This document shows positions 50,239 through 59,827 of a DNA stretch of 64,000 nt, one piece after another. The stretch's first letter is position 1. Each line of letters begins with the position of its first letter. Source of the stretch: Candidatus Marinacidobacterales bacterium (GTDB taxonomy: Bacteria; Acidobacteriota; Vicinamibacteria; Marinacidobacterales; DATDRI01); NCBI GenBank assembly GCA_965219415.1, contig CBDCNP010000002.1, positions 224,001 to 288,000 on the forward strand, in the 5' to 3' direction. The translations under genes were made by a program, and so were the position numbers. The notes under the pieces were generated by a model. It saw only the letters and a program-made list of their open reading frames with translations, searched no databases and was not told the origin of the DNA.

Positions 50239-51673
50239 GAGTCAAGCCCATTCTTAGTTGAAACTCTCCACGGCTCACGTTTAAGCGACCTTCTTCTTCG
50301 ATACGGTTGATGTCTCCGCCTCGATCTTCAGTTCCCGCTTGAGAGCTTCGCGAAACTTGGGAAGATGGCGGTAGCCCACCACCTTCCTCAAGCGCGGTTC
50401 GATGTCTACGAGCGCCGTTGCCAACCAGCGCTGGCGTTGGCTCGAGTTCTTCCAGTGGTCGACCTTCGCGCAGCGTTCCTCGACGAGAGCATTGACGGAC
50501 TCAAGGCAGTTCGTCGTCTTGAACGAACGGCCCAGCACCGCGTGCACGCCGAGTCGATGCAACGTCAGCGTCTCCTCGAGGCCTTCCTCCAGGCTGCCAG
50601 CTGCGGATTGGTTCCGCTCTTCTAACTCACCGTGGAGTTGCTCGAGCGCAGTGAGGGCCTCTTCGTACTCCGGCCTGTTGTAGGCCCACTGGAGCCGCTT
50701 GCGCCATGACGCCTGCTCGCCCTTGGACAGGTAGCTCACTACGTTTTCACGTTTGTGCCACTGGCAGCGTTGTATCAGGGCCCGCTTACGGAATGCCTTC
50801 TTGACTGCCGCTTGGAGACCCTTGCCGCCGTCGATGATCACCAGCAGACCCTGGGAGATATCGAGTCCCCGCTCGAGCAGTGAACGCAGGAACGGCGTCA
50901 ACACCTGCACGTTCTCCGTGTCCGTCTCCACGAAGCCCAAGAAGCGTTTTTCCCCGCAAAGCGTGATGCCCAGAGCCACGACCATCGTTGCCTCGGCGAA
51001 TGTCTTCCCATCCAGAAACAGCGCCACCACATCCTCGCCGGTCAGATCCCGTTCCTGCATCTCCCGCAGCTTCGCAGCGCTCGCTTGCACGAACCCTCGG
51101 GACACCGTTGAGCTCGACAGCCCGATGGCGCCCGGAATCGCTTCCGCTGCCGCCTCGTAGTTGCGACAAGAGATTCCGTAGAGAACTCGTTTCAGCAGAA
51201 GATCATTCACCTCACCGCCGTGGCTCACCGCCTCGTAGCAGCGAAGCGGAATCTCTCCTCCCTCGATGCTCCGAACCCGTGGCACACGGATCGGTACCCG
51301 CTGGCCGCCAAGCCCTACCGTGCCCGGGTTGCTTCCGGGACGGCGACCGCGCTCCAGCTCGTCCTTGCGAGAGTATCGCTCTCCCGCCAACGCCTTCACT
51401 TCGTCGTCGAGCAACTCGTGAACGTGCATTAGACCAAGGGGGACCAACCAACGGATCATCTCTACCTTGGCGTCCAGCGCGAGTTCCCCGTAATCCTCGT
51501 GCCTCACCATCTCGACCTCACCCAAACGACGCGACTTCTTGCGTTTCTTGACCGAACGTAGCAGACTTCCCATCTCGGCTCCTTTCTTCGCGGCTTGATT
51601 TTGTTTTGTCCAACGCCATCAAACCACGGGGTTTGGAACCGTTTCAATTCCCAACTAAGATTGGCACACTTTC
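50239..51673 (-). mobile_element. IS256-family element B, copy 1 (1435 bp)
   Basis: Imperfect IRs gagtcaagcccattcttagttg / caactaagattggcacactttc; 8-bp TSD gttttagc at 50231-50238 and 51674-51681. Confidence 0.93.
50281..51573 (-). CDS. IS256-family transposase B
   Basis: VPRVR, FLDG, IIDGGKGL, QRCQWHK, TTNCLESVN; intact 430-aa ORF. Confidence 0.93.
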   Translation of the reverse strand: MGSLLRSVKKRKKSRRLGEVEMVRHEDYGELALDAKVEMIRWLVPLGLMHVHELLDDEVKALAGERYSRKDELERGRRPGSNPGTVGLGGQRVPIRVPRVRSIEGGEIPLRCYEAVSHGGEVNDLLLKRVLYGISCRNYEAAAEAIPGAIGLSSSTVSRGFVQASAAKLREMQERDLTGEDVVALFLDGKTFAEATMVVALGITLCGEKRFLGFVETDTENVQVLTPFLRSLLERGLDISQGLLVIIDGGKGLQAAVKKAFRKRALIQRCQWHKRENVVSYLSKGEQASWRKRLQWAYNRPEYEEALTALEQLHGELEERNQSAAGSLEEGLEETLTLHRLGVHAVLGRSFKTTNCLESVNALVEERCAKVDHWKNSSQRQRWLATALVDIEPRLRKVVGYRHLPKFREALKRELKIEAETSTVSKKKVA

Positions 51674-52031
51674 GTTTTAGCTGGTCGGATTGGTTACTAA
51701 GAGTGTACCAGAAGTAGTGGAATCCCTCCAGCGGCAGGTGCATGACGCCTGAGCCCGCGACCGAACCAAAACCCTGCCAAGTTACTGCGAATCAGACACT
51801 TGTGGTATCGACCAAAAAAGAAGATGAGCCTGAACATCCGATACACGTCGTTTCGTGAAAACCTTTGTTTCTACGAATAGTTAAGCCGGCCGGCTCCGTC
51901 GTGCGCCTATCCTTAATGGAGGTCGTTTGTGGAGCCAGGGGTCCCACCAATGGCAGGCATGTTAGAAAACATCAGGACTTCCGCCATCCAGTTCGCGCTC
52001 GACGACGCCCTCACTCTCTAGGGAGACATGT

Positions 52032-52621
52032 ATGGATGACTCCAATCGGGGTGACGTCACCCAGCTCTTGCTTGCATGGAAGAGTGGAAACAACGAGGCG
52101 TTGGACCAGCTGATTCCCATCGTCTACTCGGAGCTTCGGGGCCTTGCGCGGTTGCAACTTCGGGGGGAGCGTCCAAACCACTCCCTTCAGCCCACGGCGC
52201 TGACTCACGAGGCCTTCCTGCGACTCTTTGGGACTCGTCACGTGGGCTGGCAGAACCGCACACATTTTTTCGCCGTCGCGGCGCAATTGATGAGACGGGT
52301 CCTCGTCGAGCATGCAAGGAAGCGGCGCGCCGCTAAGCGCGGTGCCAGTATCACTCGCATCACGCTCGATGAAGGCGCCGTACGTACCAAGCCCATGGAC
52401 GTGGACACATCGCTCTCCACGACGCGCTCACGGAGCTCGAGGCGCTGGACCCAAGACAGTCTCGGATTGTGGAGCTCAAGTATTTCGGAGGATTGGATAC
52501 AGAAGAGACGGCCGAAGTGCTCGGCATATCCCCAACCACCGTCAAGAGGGAGTGGAGGGTGGCGAAGACCTGGCTCCGGCGGTCCCTCAGCCGCTCCGCG
52601 CGCCTGAGCGAGACCCGCTAA
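52032..52621 (+). CDS. ECF sigma factor (TIGR02999-like), frameshift near 52408
   Basis: DVTQLL.AW..G...ALDQL.P.VY.ELR.LA, LQPTAL.HEA.LRL, HFFAVAA..MRR.LV.HAR; the shifted frame gives [26 protein letters not shown]. Confidence 0.9.
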
Positions 52622-52672
52622 AAGAAAAACCCGAGGACGCATTGCGCCCTCGGGCTCATAACTCAGGAAAAG

Positions 52673-53260
52673 CTACTTCGCGGCCTTCACGGGTACGCTC
52701 CAGGCGTCCTCGCCCCAAGCCAGCTTCATCACAGCGCCCTCTCCCTTTTCCTTGAGAGCGATCGTGAACATGTCCACGGTGCTGGACGTCTTGGACTCCG
52801 CCATCGGCACCCGCGCCACCTCGCTGTCACCGATCTCCTTGCTGTACGCGAAATGCGGCCATGGCTCGTCCTTGAGCTCGTCCGGAGCCTCGTCCCAAAT
52901 CTTGCCCAGCGGCTGGCCAACGACCTTGTTGACGGCCAACGCGTACTCGCCGTCGGCGGGACAGTACACATAGAGGGAATACTCACCCGCGGGAACCTTC
53001 GTGTCACCGATGTAGATGTCCCCGGAGGTGGTGAGGGTGGTCACCTGTTCCGACCCGGCTCGCCACATCCGGTCTTCGGGAAGCTTGGAAGTCAGTTCGC
53101 TGAAGCTCCGACCGTTGAGGGAGGGCCGACCATACTCGACAGAGACGCTCTCTCCGCCTCCGCCGACCATCGCCTTGGCGGTCTCCCGCGGAGAAGGTGT
53201 TTGGGCGAACGCTACCGTGGCAATCGCGATAGCGGCTACGCTCGATAAAAGAACACGCAT
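52673..53260 (-). CDS. DUF2911-family exported protein
   Basis: Signal peptide, PSPR, VEYGRPS..GR, WRAGS...T, VPAGEYSLY. Confidence 0.8.
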   Translation of the reverse strand: MRVLLSSVAAIAIATVAFAQTPSPRETAKAMVGGGGESVSVEYGRPSLNGRSFSELTSKLPEDRMWRAGSEQVTTLTTSGDIYIGDTKVPAGEYSLYVYCPADGEYALAVNKVVGQPLGKIWDEAPDELKDEPWPHFAYSKEIGDSEVARVPMAESKTSSTVDMFTIALKEKGEGAVMKLAWGEDAWSVPVKAAK

Positions 53261-53363
53261 TTATGAACTCCTTTCATTTCTGAAATCTGTTTTTGAGAAA
53301 AACCGAGGTGTCGGCGCTCCAAGCCCCGGGTCATCGTCCTCATTTCAGACCGGGAGTGCAAAT

Positions 53364-53395
53364 GTAAAGTTGTTCAATTAATTGAATAGGTTACG
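53364..53395. promoter_or_regulatory. AT-rich palindrome, candidate operator between divergent genes
   Basis: Perfect core ttcaatt-t-aattgaa (53373-53387) with outer gtaa/ttac. Confidence 0.4.
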
Positions 53396-53476
53396 CGAGG
53401 GGTTCCCCTTGGCGCGGCGGGCGATCTGTTACGGGAGGCTGAACTGAGGTAATCTGGCCCGCATGAGAGGTGTGCC

Positions 53477-54565
53477 ATGAAGAAGGTGATGATTCTCATC
53501 GGAACCCGAAAAGGTGGATTCCTCGCCTTTTCCGATCCCGACCGCAAGAAGTGGGATCTAAAGGGTCCCTTCTTCAAAGGCACGCAGGTTCACCATATGA
53601 CCTACGTCGGTGGCGATTTCGGTGCGGTCTGCGCCACGGTGAAGAACGAATGGTGGGGCCCGGACGTTCGAATCTCCAAGGAGCTCGGAGAGACCTGGCT
53701 GGAGCCGAAGAACGGAGTCCGGTTCGCAGAAGGGAGAGAGCTCTCCGTCGCCCGGGTGTGGATGATGAAGGGCGATCAACGAACCGGCGAGCCCGTTCTA
53801 TATGCCGGTGCCGATCCGGGAGCCCTCTTCAAGAGTGACGACGGCGGCCAGAACTGGGAAGAGGTTCGCTCTTTGACGGAGCATCCTACCCGCGACAAAT
53901 GGCAGCCGGGCGCCGGCGGAATGATGGTCCATTCCATTTGCCTCGACCCGGAGAACCGCGATCGGATGTTTGTCGGAATCTCGGCCGCTGGCGCCTTTCG
54001 GACCGACGACGGAGGAAAAACCTGGATGCCCAAAAACAAGGGGGTCCGTACCGATTTCCTGCCCGACAAGTTTCCCGAGGTCGGTCAATGTGTTCACCAC
54101 ATGGAGATGCATTCTTCGAATCCTTCCATCCTGTACCAGCAGAATCACTGCGGTGTCTACCGCTCGGAGAATGCGGGCGATGACTGGATCGACATCTCGG
54201 AAGGACTCCCCTCTCGATTCGGATTCCCCCTGACGGTCCACCCGCACAATGGAGACACTATTTACGTGTGCCCGGCGGAGTCGGATCAAAATCGTATGCT
54301 GCCCGATGGCACCCTGCGTATCTTCCGTAGCCGCGACCGGGGAAACTCGTGGGAAGCGCTCACCGAGGGCCTCCCGCAAACACAGGCGTATCAGCTCGTA
54401 TTGCGAGCCGCGATGGATACCGACACGCTCGACCCGGCCGGCGTTTACGTAGGGATGCAGGGCGGTCAGTTACTTGCTAGCCGCGATGAGGGAGATCACT
54501 GGGAGGTTCTGTTCAACTGGTTGCCGCCGGTCTATTCTGTGCAGACCGCGGTCGTGGAGGTATGA
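53477..54565 (+). CDS. BNR/Asp-box repeat beta-propeller (sialidase-like) protein
   Basis: Repeated S/T-x-D-x-G-x-x-W boxes (SDDGGQNW, TDDGGKTW, SRDRGNSW, SRDEGDHW); GQCVH, QQNHCG. Confidence 0.85.
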   Translation: MKKVMILIGTRKGGFLAFSDPDRKKWDLKGPFFKGTQVHHMTYVGGDFGAVCATVKNEWWGPDVRISKELGETWLEPKNGVRFAEGRELSVARVWMMKGDQRTGEPVLYAGADPGALFKSDDGGQNWEEVRSLTEHPTRDKWQPGAGGMMVHSICLDPENRDRMFVGISAAGAFRTDDGGKTWMPKNKGVRTDFLPDKFPEVGQCVHHMEMHSSNPSILYQQNHCGVYRSENAGDDWIDISEGLPSRFGFPLTVHPHNGDTIYVCPAESDQNRMLPDGTLRIFRSRDRGNSWEALTEGLPQTQAYQLVLRAAMDTDTLDPAGVYVGMQGGQLLASRDEGDHWEVLFNWLPPVYSVQTAVVEV

Positions 54566-54731
54566 CCCTCACCCGGCGTCTGAGTCGGTTGCTACCGGCA
54601 CGACATCTTTTGACGTCCGCAGTTCTCCCAGCCCGCCTACGCCGTCGGATGGTCCTCTACCGATGGCTACGGCGAGGTCTCGCCGAAGCTCTAGCGAATT
54701 CGCGCTAGCGAAGGCGGAAGGGAGAGGGGGT
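54566..54731. repeat. REP-like element copy B with a nested second palindrome (about 54632-54717)
   Basis: Colinear with 15622-15700 plus the insert ccgcctacgcc...ggctacggcgaggtctcgccgaagctctagcgaattcgcgctagcgaaggcgg. Confidence 0.7.
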
Positions 54732-54753
54732 AACGGAAGGAAGCCAACCTTTT

Positions 54754-56148
54754 TCAGCGGCCTAAGGCGGCCAGCATTTCCTCGACGGTCGTGAACTTGA
54801 CCCGCGGCCGCCCTTCTTCGTTGCCCTTACCAACCTCTATTTCGTCCAGCTTCTGCCAATCCTTCCACGAAACGAAGTTTGGTTTGCGCTCCCGCAGGAG
54901 CCTTTCGGCAGCTGCCGGCTCAGCCTCCGCCGGCGTCAGCGTGGAGCCGCTTGCGAGATCTTCCATCATGCAGTTCACGGTCTCCAACGCGTCAGGCTTG
55001 TTGGTGCCAATGACCCCACTGGGACCCCGTTTGATCCACCCTGCGGTGTAGAGTCCGGTAACGGGCTCTTTCGACTCGGGCTCGATCACTCTCCCCTTTT
55101 CGTTGAGTATCACCCCCCACTTCTCGCTGAACGGGACACCGGAGAGCGGCACGCCCCGGTACCCTACCGAGCGAAACACGAGACCGACCGGCAGCTCTTC
55201 GAAGGTTTCCGTCTCTCGAGGGCGGAGAGTTCCTGTCTCGGTGGCGTAGAGCTCGTTCTTGACAATCTTCATACTAGCGACCTCACCGGCGTCATTGCCG
55301 ATTAGCTCTACCGGTGAAACGAGAAAGCGTAGGATGAGCCTTCGGGGCTTCCCCGACTCCTTGCGAGCCGCATACTCTTGAAGGATTTCTACCTTCCTCG
55401 CCGCCGACTTCTCCTCTTCCACCGATTGCTTACTAAGAGCATCCAGCTCGGCTTCCTCGGGCAAGACGACGATGTCCGCGCCAGGCATCTCGCCGAGCTC
55501 CTTGATCTCGGGATTCGTGAACGCAGCCTGCGCCGGACCTCGTCGACCGAGCATGTAGACTTCCTTGATCCGGCTCCCACGTAATTCCTTCTCGGCATAA
55601 TCCGCGATATCGGTCTCAGCCAGCTCCTCCGAAGTGCGGCACAGGATCCGAGCCACGTCCACTGCCACGTTTCCGACTCCCACCACCGCCGCCCGTTCCT
55701 GTGACAAATCGAACTTGCGATCCCGATAGTCGGGGTGCCCGTTGTACCAAGCAACGAACTCGGTCGCGGCGTGACTCCCCTCGAGGTCCTCTCCCGGAAC
55801 GCCGAGGCTCCGGTCGGTCTGAGCCCCGGTCGTGAAAACGACCTGGTGGTAATGAGCTCTCAAATCATCCAGCGTAATATCCGTACCGAATTCAACGTAA
55901 CCGTAGAAACGAAACCTGGGATTCGCTGCGGTGCGGTCGTAGGCCTTGGAGACCGACTTGATCTTCTGATGATCGGGTGCAACGCCTCCGCGCACCAAGC
56001 CGAACGGGGTAGGGAGTCGATCGTACATGTCGACCTCGATCGTTACGTCCTTCTGTTTGAACAGATGCTCAGTCGCATAGAAGCCGGTGGGCCCGGCGCC
56101 AACGATCGCTACACGAAGTGGGTTGCTTTCGGTTCCAATTTCTGCCAT
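54754..56148 (-). CDS. Ferredoxin/adrenodoxin-NADP+ reductase (FprA-like)
   Basis: VAIVGAGPTGFY, PFGLVR.GVAPDH, FVAWYNGHP, GVGNVAVDVAR, GRRGP, GWIKRGPSGVIGTN. Confidence 0.92.
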   Translation of the reverse strand: MAEIGTESNPLRVAIVGAGPTGFYATEHLFKQKDVTIEVDMYDRLPTPFGLVRGGVAPDHQKIKSVSKAYDRTAANPRFRFYGYVEFGTDITLDDLRAHYHQVVFTTGAQTDRSLGVPGEDLEGSHAATEFVAWYNGHPDYRDRKFDLSQERAAVVGVGNVAVDVARILCRTSEELAETDIADYAEKELRGSRIKEVYMLGRRGPAQAAFTNPEIKELGEMPGADIVVLPEEAELDALSKQSVEEEKSAARKVEILQEYAARKESGKPRRLILRFLVSPVELIGNDAGEVASMKIVKNELYATETGTLRPRETETFEELPVGLVFRSVGYRGVPLSGVPFSEKWGVILNEKGRVIEPESKEPVTGLYTAGWIKRGPSGVIGTNKPDALETVNCMMEDLASGSTLTPAEAEPAAAERLLRERKPNFVSWKDWQKLDEIEVGKGNEEGRPRVKFTTVEEMLAALGR

Positions 56149-56172
56149 CTACGCTTTCCTTGAGGTCGGGGT

Positions 56173-56592
56173 TCAGATCTGATCGTCCAACGTTTCCAAC
56201 TCACCCTCGTATTCGTCTCTTTGTGCCTTCACTACGTCACCGATCGAAACGATCCCCACCAGCTTGCCCTGATCCATGATCGGCAAATAGCGAAAGCGTT
56301 TTTCGGTCATGGTGTGGAGCACCGGGCGCAAGGCGTCCTGAGGCACGCCAATGTGCACATCGGTGGTCATGAGGTCCTCGACGGTTTGAGAGAAGACTTG
56401 TTCGTTCTTGACCGCGGCCCGCACGATATCTCGTTCGGATAGAATCCCGACAGGTTGCCCTGCTTCGTCCACGGCGACCAAGGCGCCTATGTTGTGCTCG
56501 GCCAGCAACGCAATGGCCTCCCGAATCCGTCGCTCGGGACGGACGGTGATGACACCCGTCCCCTTCTTAGCCAAGATGGCTGCAACGTTCAT
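56173..56592 (-). CDS. Stand-alone CBS-pair protein
   Basis: NIGALV, GILSERDIVR, RYLPI, GIVSIGDVVK. Confidence 0.9.
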   Translation of the reverse strand: MNVAAILAKKGTGVITVRPERRIREAIALLAEHNIGALVAVDEAGQPVGILSERDIVRAAVKNEQVFSQTVEDLMTTDVHIGVPQDALRPVLHTMTEKRFRYLPIMDQGKLVGIVSIGDVVKAQRDEYEGELETLDDQI

Positions 56593-56617
56593 GTGACACC
56601 TCCGGTAGGTCTTCTTT

Positions 56618-57088
56618 CTACCTTACACCCCCACTCCTGACCGCGACACCATGTCGATAGACGAGCTCGCCCCCCCGGCCAGTAGTCTCGAAAAGCAGCC
56701 ACTGTCCTCCAACCGCGAGCGCAAGCGCGATGAGGCGTAGCCGACTGCGGCTTAGCACCGGTTTCTGGCGGTCCCGCCACGCGACTTCGACGCGAAGTAT
56801 CGCGATCCCTATGAAGGCCACGATAGTGGCAAAGGCCCAATCCCCGTGGTTCGCGATCAGTTGCTCGACCTCCGAAGAAACCCCCTCTGCCTGGACGGCG
56901 GCGAGTTTTCCCGCGACGACCGCAGCCCCCGCCCCCAGCATTCCGAAGCCGTAGAGCGCAACTGCAGCCCGGTCCAACCAAACGAACCGGCGCATCACGA
57001 TGCACGCCACGTCGAAAAGCAGTGCCGCCAGGAAGAGTGCGATCGGATAGTGAACTAGCAGCGGGTGCAGGTTCGGCACAGATTCCAA
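56618..57088 (-). CDS. DUF2231-family membrane protein
   Basis: LHPLLVHYPIAL, a conserved mid-protein His, G..GGELVY.HG. Confidence 0.8.
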   Translation of the reverse strand: MESVPNLHPLLVHYPIALFLAALLFDVACIVMRRFVWLDRAAVALYGFGMLGAGAAVVAGKLAAVQAEGVSSEVEQLIANHGDWAFATIVAFIGIAILRVEVAWRDRQKPVLSRSRLRLIALALAVGGQWLLFETTGRGGELVYRHGVAVRSGGVR

Positions 57089-57237
57089 AGGGATTTTCCT
57101 GACTGAGTCTAGGTGGGAGATACCGGCCGATCGATGTCGTGAGTCAAGCCCATTCTTAGTTGAAACTCTCCACGGCTCACGTTTAAGCGGACTGGGCCTG
57201 CTTCGTTTCAGTGGACACCTAACGAACGGAGAGGTAT

Positions 57238-57549
57238 ATGGGTGTTCAGATGGCAGAAAAAAAGAAACGTCGGCAGTTCACGAAGGAATTTCGAGCAGAG
57301 GCAGTGCAGCTGGTTCGGGAGAGCGGCAAGGCAGTGAGCGTGGTAGCCCGGGATATCGATGTGACGGAGACGTCGCTTTATGCCTGGGTGAGGCAGGACA
57401 GGATCGACCGTGGTGAAGGCGGTCCCGGAACCCTGACGAGCGAGGAACTCGAAGAACTGCGTGGCTTCCGAAAGGAAGTTCGGGAGCTTCGGATGGAGCG
57501 TGACTTTCTAAAAAAAACGGCGGCGTACTTCGCGAGCATGAAGAAATGA
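57238..57549 (+). CDS. IS3 transposase OrfA
   Basis: RRQFTKEFRAEAV...VARDI...L..WV HTH, ELRMERDFLKKTAAYFA; A8 slippery run at 57510-57517. Confidence 0.9.
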   Translation: MGVQMAEKKKRRQFTKEFRAEAVQLVRESGKAVSVVARDIDVTETSLYAWVRQDRIDRGEGGPGTLTSEELEELRGFRKEVRELRMERDFLKKTAAYFASMKK

Positions 57550-58415
57550 AGTTCGCAGCGATTCGGATCCAAAGCGAGGAGTTCCACGTTTCGTGGATGT
57601 GCCGGCTGCTCCAGGTTTCTCGGAGCGGCTACTATGCGTGGCTGAGGCGGAAGCCCAGCCGCCGTGAACGAGATGACCTGCGCCTGTCCGTAAAAATCGT
57701 TGCGTTCTTCCGAGCCAACCGCGGAGTTTACGGAAGTCCTCGTGTTGTGGACGAACTCCGTGCGGATGGTGAGTCTGTTGGGCGTCGGCGCGTTGCTCGC
57801 ATCATGAGAGAGAAAGGCCTGTGCGCGCGCCTGCCGAGACGTTCTCGGAAGACGACGGATTCGTCGCACTCGCGCCCCGTAGCTCGAGACCTCGTGCAGC
57901 GCCAGTTCTTGCCGAAGACCCCCAACGAAGTCTGGGCTGCGGACATCACCTACATCCGAACGTGGGAAGGCTGGTTGTATTTGGCCGTGGTCATGGACCT
58001 ATTTTCGAGGCGCGTGATCGGTTGGGCGGTGGCGAATCATCTTCGCCGCAGAGCTCGCTGTCTCGGCGCTTCAGATGGCGGTGCGTCACCGACGACCACC
58101 GCGTGGGATGGTTCATCATTCGGACCGTGGCGTGCAGTATGCGAGCAGAGACTACCGCGCGTTCTTGCGACGCCACGGAATCGAGTGCAGCATGAGTCGA
58201 AAGGGCGACTGCTGGGACAATGCCGTCGTCGAGAGTTTCTTCGGCACGCTGAAAACCGAATCTCTCTACCGACTCGTTCTGCCGACTCGAGCGCAGGCGC
58301 GATGGGCTACCGTCGACTACATCACCAATTTCTTACAACCCGAGGCGACGGCACTCAACGCTCCGGAACGTCAGTCTCATCGAGTTCGAACTTAGACTCT
58401 TGGAAGCAAACCGGT
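57546..58415 (+). CDS. IS3 transposase OrfB (DDE); frameshifted, last codons displaced by IS256-A
   Basis: [43 protein letters not shown]. Confidence 0.88.
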
Positions 58416-59783
58416 GGATGTGTCCCGAGGTCCGTGGAAAAAGAACGGCGCCCTCCACTCCGTCATCAGAGTATCGTATCAGGCGGCAACCTCCGCGTGT
58501 TCGAGAACCTCGCTCAGACGTTGGTAGCCGTCGATGCGTCGTAGTTGAATCTGGCCAGAGGCGATAAGCCCAAACAGCAAAGCGACCGCAGACTCCTCGC
58601 TGGAGAACGACGCTTGAGTTTTCGTCCGGCGTCGAAACTCGAGGTTGAGATTCTCCAGAGCATTGGTCGTTCGAGTCGATTTCCACATGGCACGAGGGAA
58701 TTCGTAGAAGGTCAGCAGCTGATTACCGGCCTCCTCTAGGCTTCGGACGACGGCCGGCGCGAGAGGCGTCCACTTGGCGACGAGCTCGTCATAGGCTTTG
58801 CGAGCATCGATCCCGTTCTTGGCGTAGACGATCCGGTTGTAGTCACGCCGGAGCTCACGGCGTGCGTGCGCCGGGCAATGTTGGAGCAAGTTGGCGCGCT
58901 TGTGCTCGGTACATCGCTGCAACCGGCACCCCGGCCACTTCTCCAGCGCTTTCGTCAGCCCCTTGTGGCCGTCGCTGATCACTAGCTTGGGAGCCCGGAG
59001 TCCTCGAGCCTGGAGTCCCTTCAGCACGGAGCCCCAATGCGTCGAGGCTTCGCTCACCGCCAGACGCAATGACAACAGACGTTTGTGCCCGTCTGGCGCG
59101 ACCCCGAGCGCGGCCAGTACGGGTACGCTGATCACACGTTTCGCCATCCGCACTTTCAGGTGGAAGCCGTCCAGGTAAACGATCGCGTAGACCTCCTCGC
59201 TGAGAGCACGGTTCTGCCATTCCTCGAAGCGCTCCTTCAGTCGGCTAACCACGCGAGACACCGCGCTCTTCGATAGGTGCTCCTCACCGAGCAGTGGTTT
59301 CAGCGCTTTGTGGACCCGGCGGCTATTCGCGCCCGACAAGTACGTCCCCAAGAGCGCCTCGTCGACCTCACGAGTCCGGCGCGCGTACCGGGGCAACAGC
59401 TCGCTCCTGAACTCTGTCGTTTCTCCCGTTTCCTCGTCTCGCACGCGGGCTCGTGGCACCCGGAGCTCGCGAGTTCCCACCGACGTCGTCACGCGACGGG
59501 TTTCGGCTCCGTTGCGATATCCACGGCGGTCTTCCGCACGCTCGTAGCTACAACACCCCAGCGCTTGGTCGACTTCTTCCTCGAGCACAACCTCGATCGC
59601 CTCCAGTACCCGCATACGCAGCCGAAGTTGGACGAACTCCCGGTACTCGCTTACAGACTCCTTCAATATGGGTGGTAGGCTTCTTCATGGCGTAATCCTC
59701 CTCCTCGCCTTTCCAGGCGCGGTTTCGTTTTGCTTAACCGGAGGTTACGCCATTCTTATTTCCACGGGAAGCGGGACGGATCC
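58416..59783 (-). mobile_element. IS256-A copy 2 (1368 bp)
   Basis: Same IRs as 21087-22454; TSD aaaccggt at 58408-58415 and 59784-59791. Confidence 0.95.
58479..59666 (-). CDS. IS256-family transposase A, copy 2
   Basis: Near-identical to 21150-22337. Confidence 0.93.
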   Translation of the reverse strand: MKESVSEYREFVQLRLRMRVLEAIEVVLEEEVDQALGCCSYERAEDRRGYRNGAETRRVTTSVGTRELRVPRARVRDEETGETTEFRSELLPRYARRTREVDEALLGTYLSGANSRRVHKALKPLLGEEHLSKSAVSRVVSRLKERFEEWQNRALSEEVYAIVYLDGFHLKVRMAKRVISVPVLAALGVAPDGHKRLLSLRLAVSEASTHWGSVLKGLQARGLRAPKLVISDGHKGLTKALEKWPGCRLQRCTEHKRANLLQHCPAHARRELRRDYNRIVYAKNGIDARKAYDELVAKWTPLAPAVVRSLEEAGNQLLTFYEFPRAMWKSTRTTNALENLNLEFRRRTKTQASFSSEESAVALLFGLIASGQIQLRRIDGYQRLSEVLEHAEVAA

Positions 59784-59827
59784 AAACCGGTTTGCATAGT
59801 CAACTTGTCCACCAAACCGGAGCAAGC

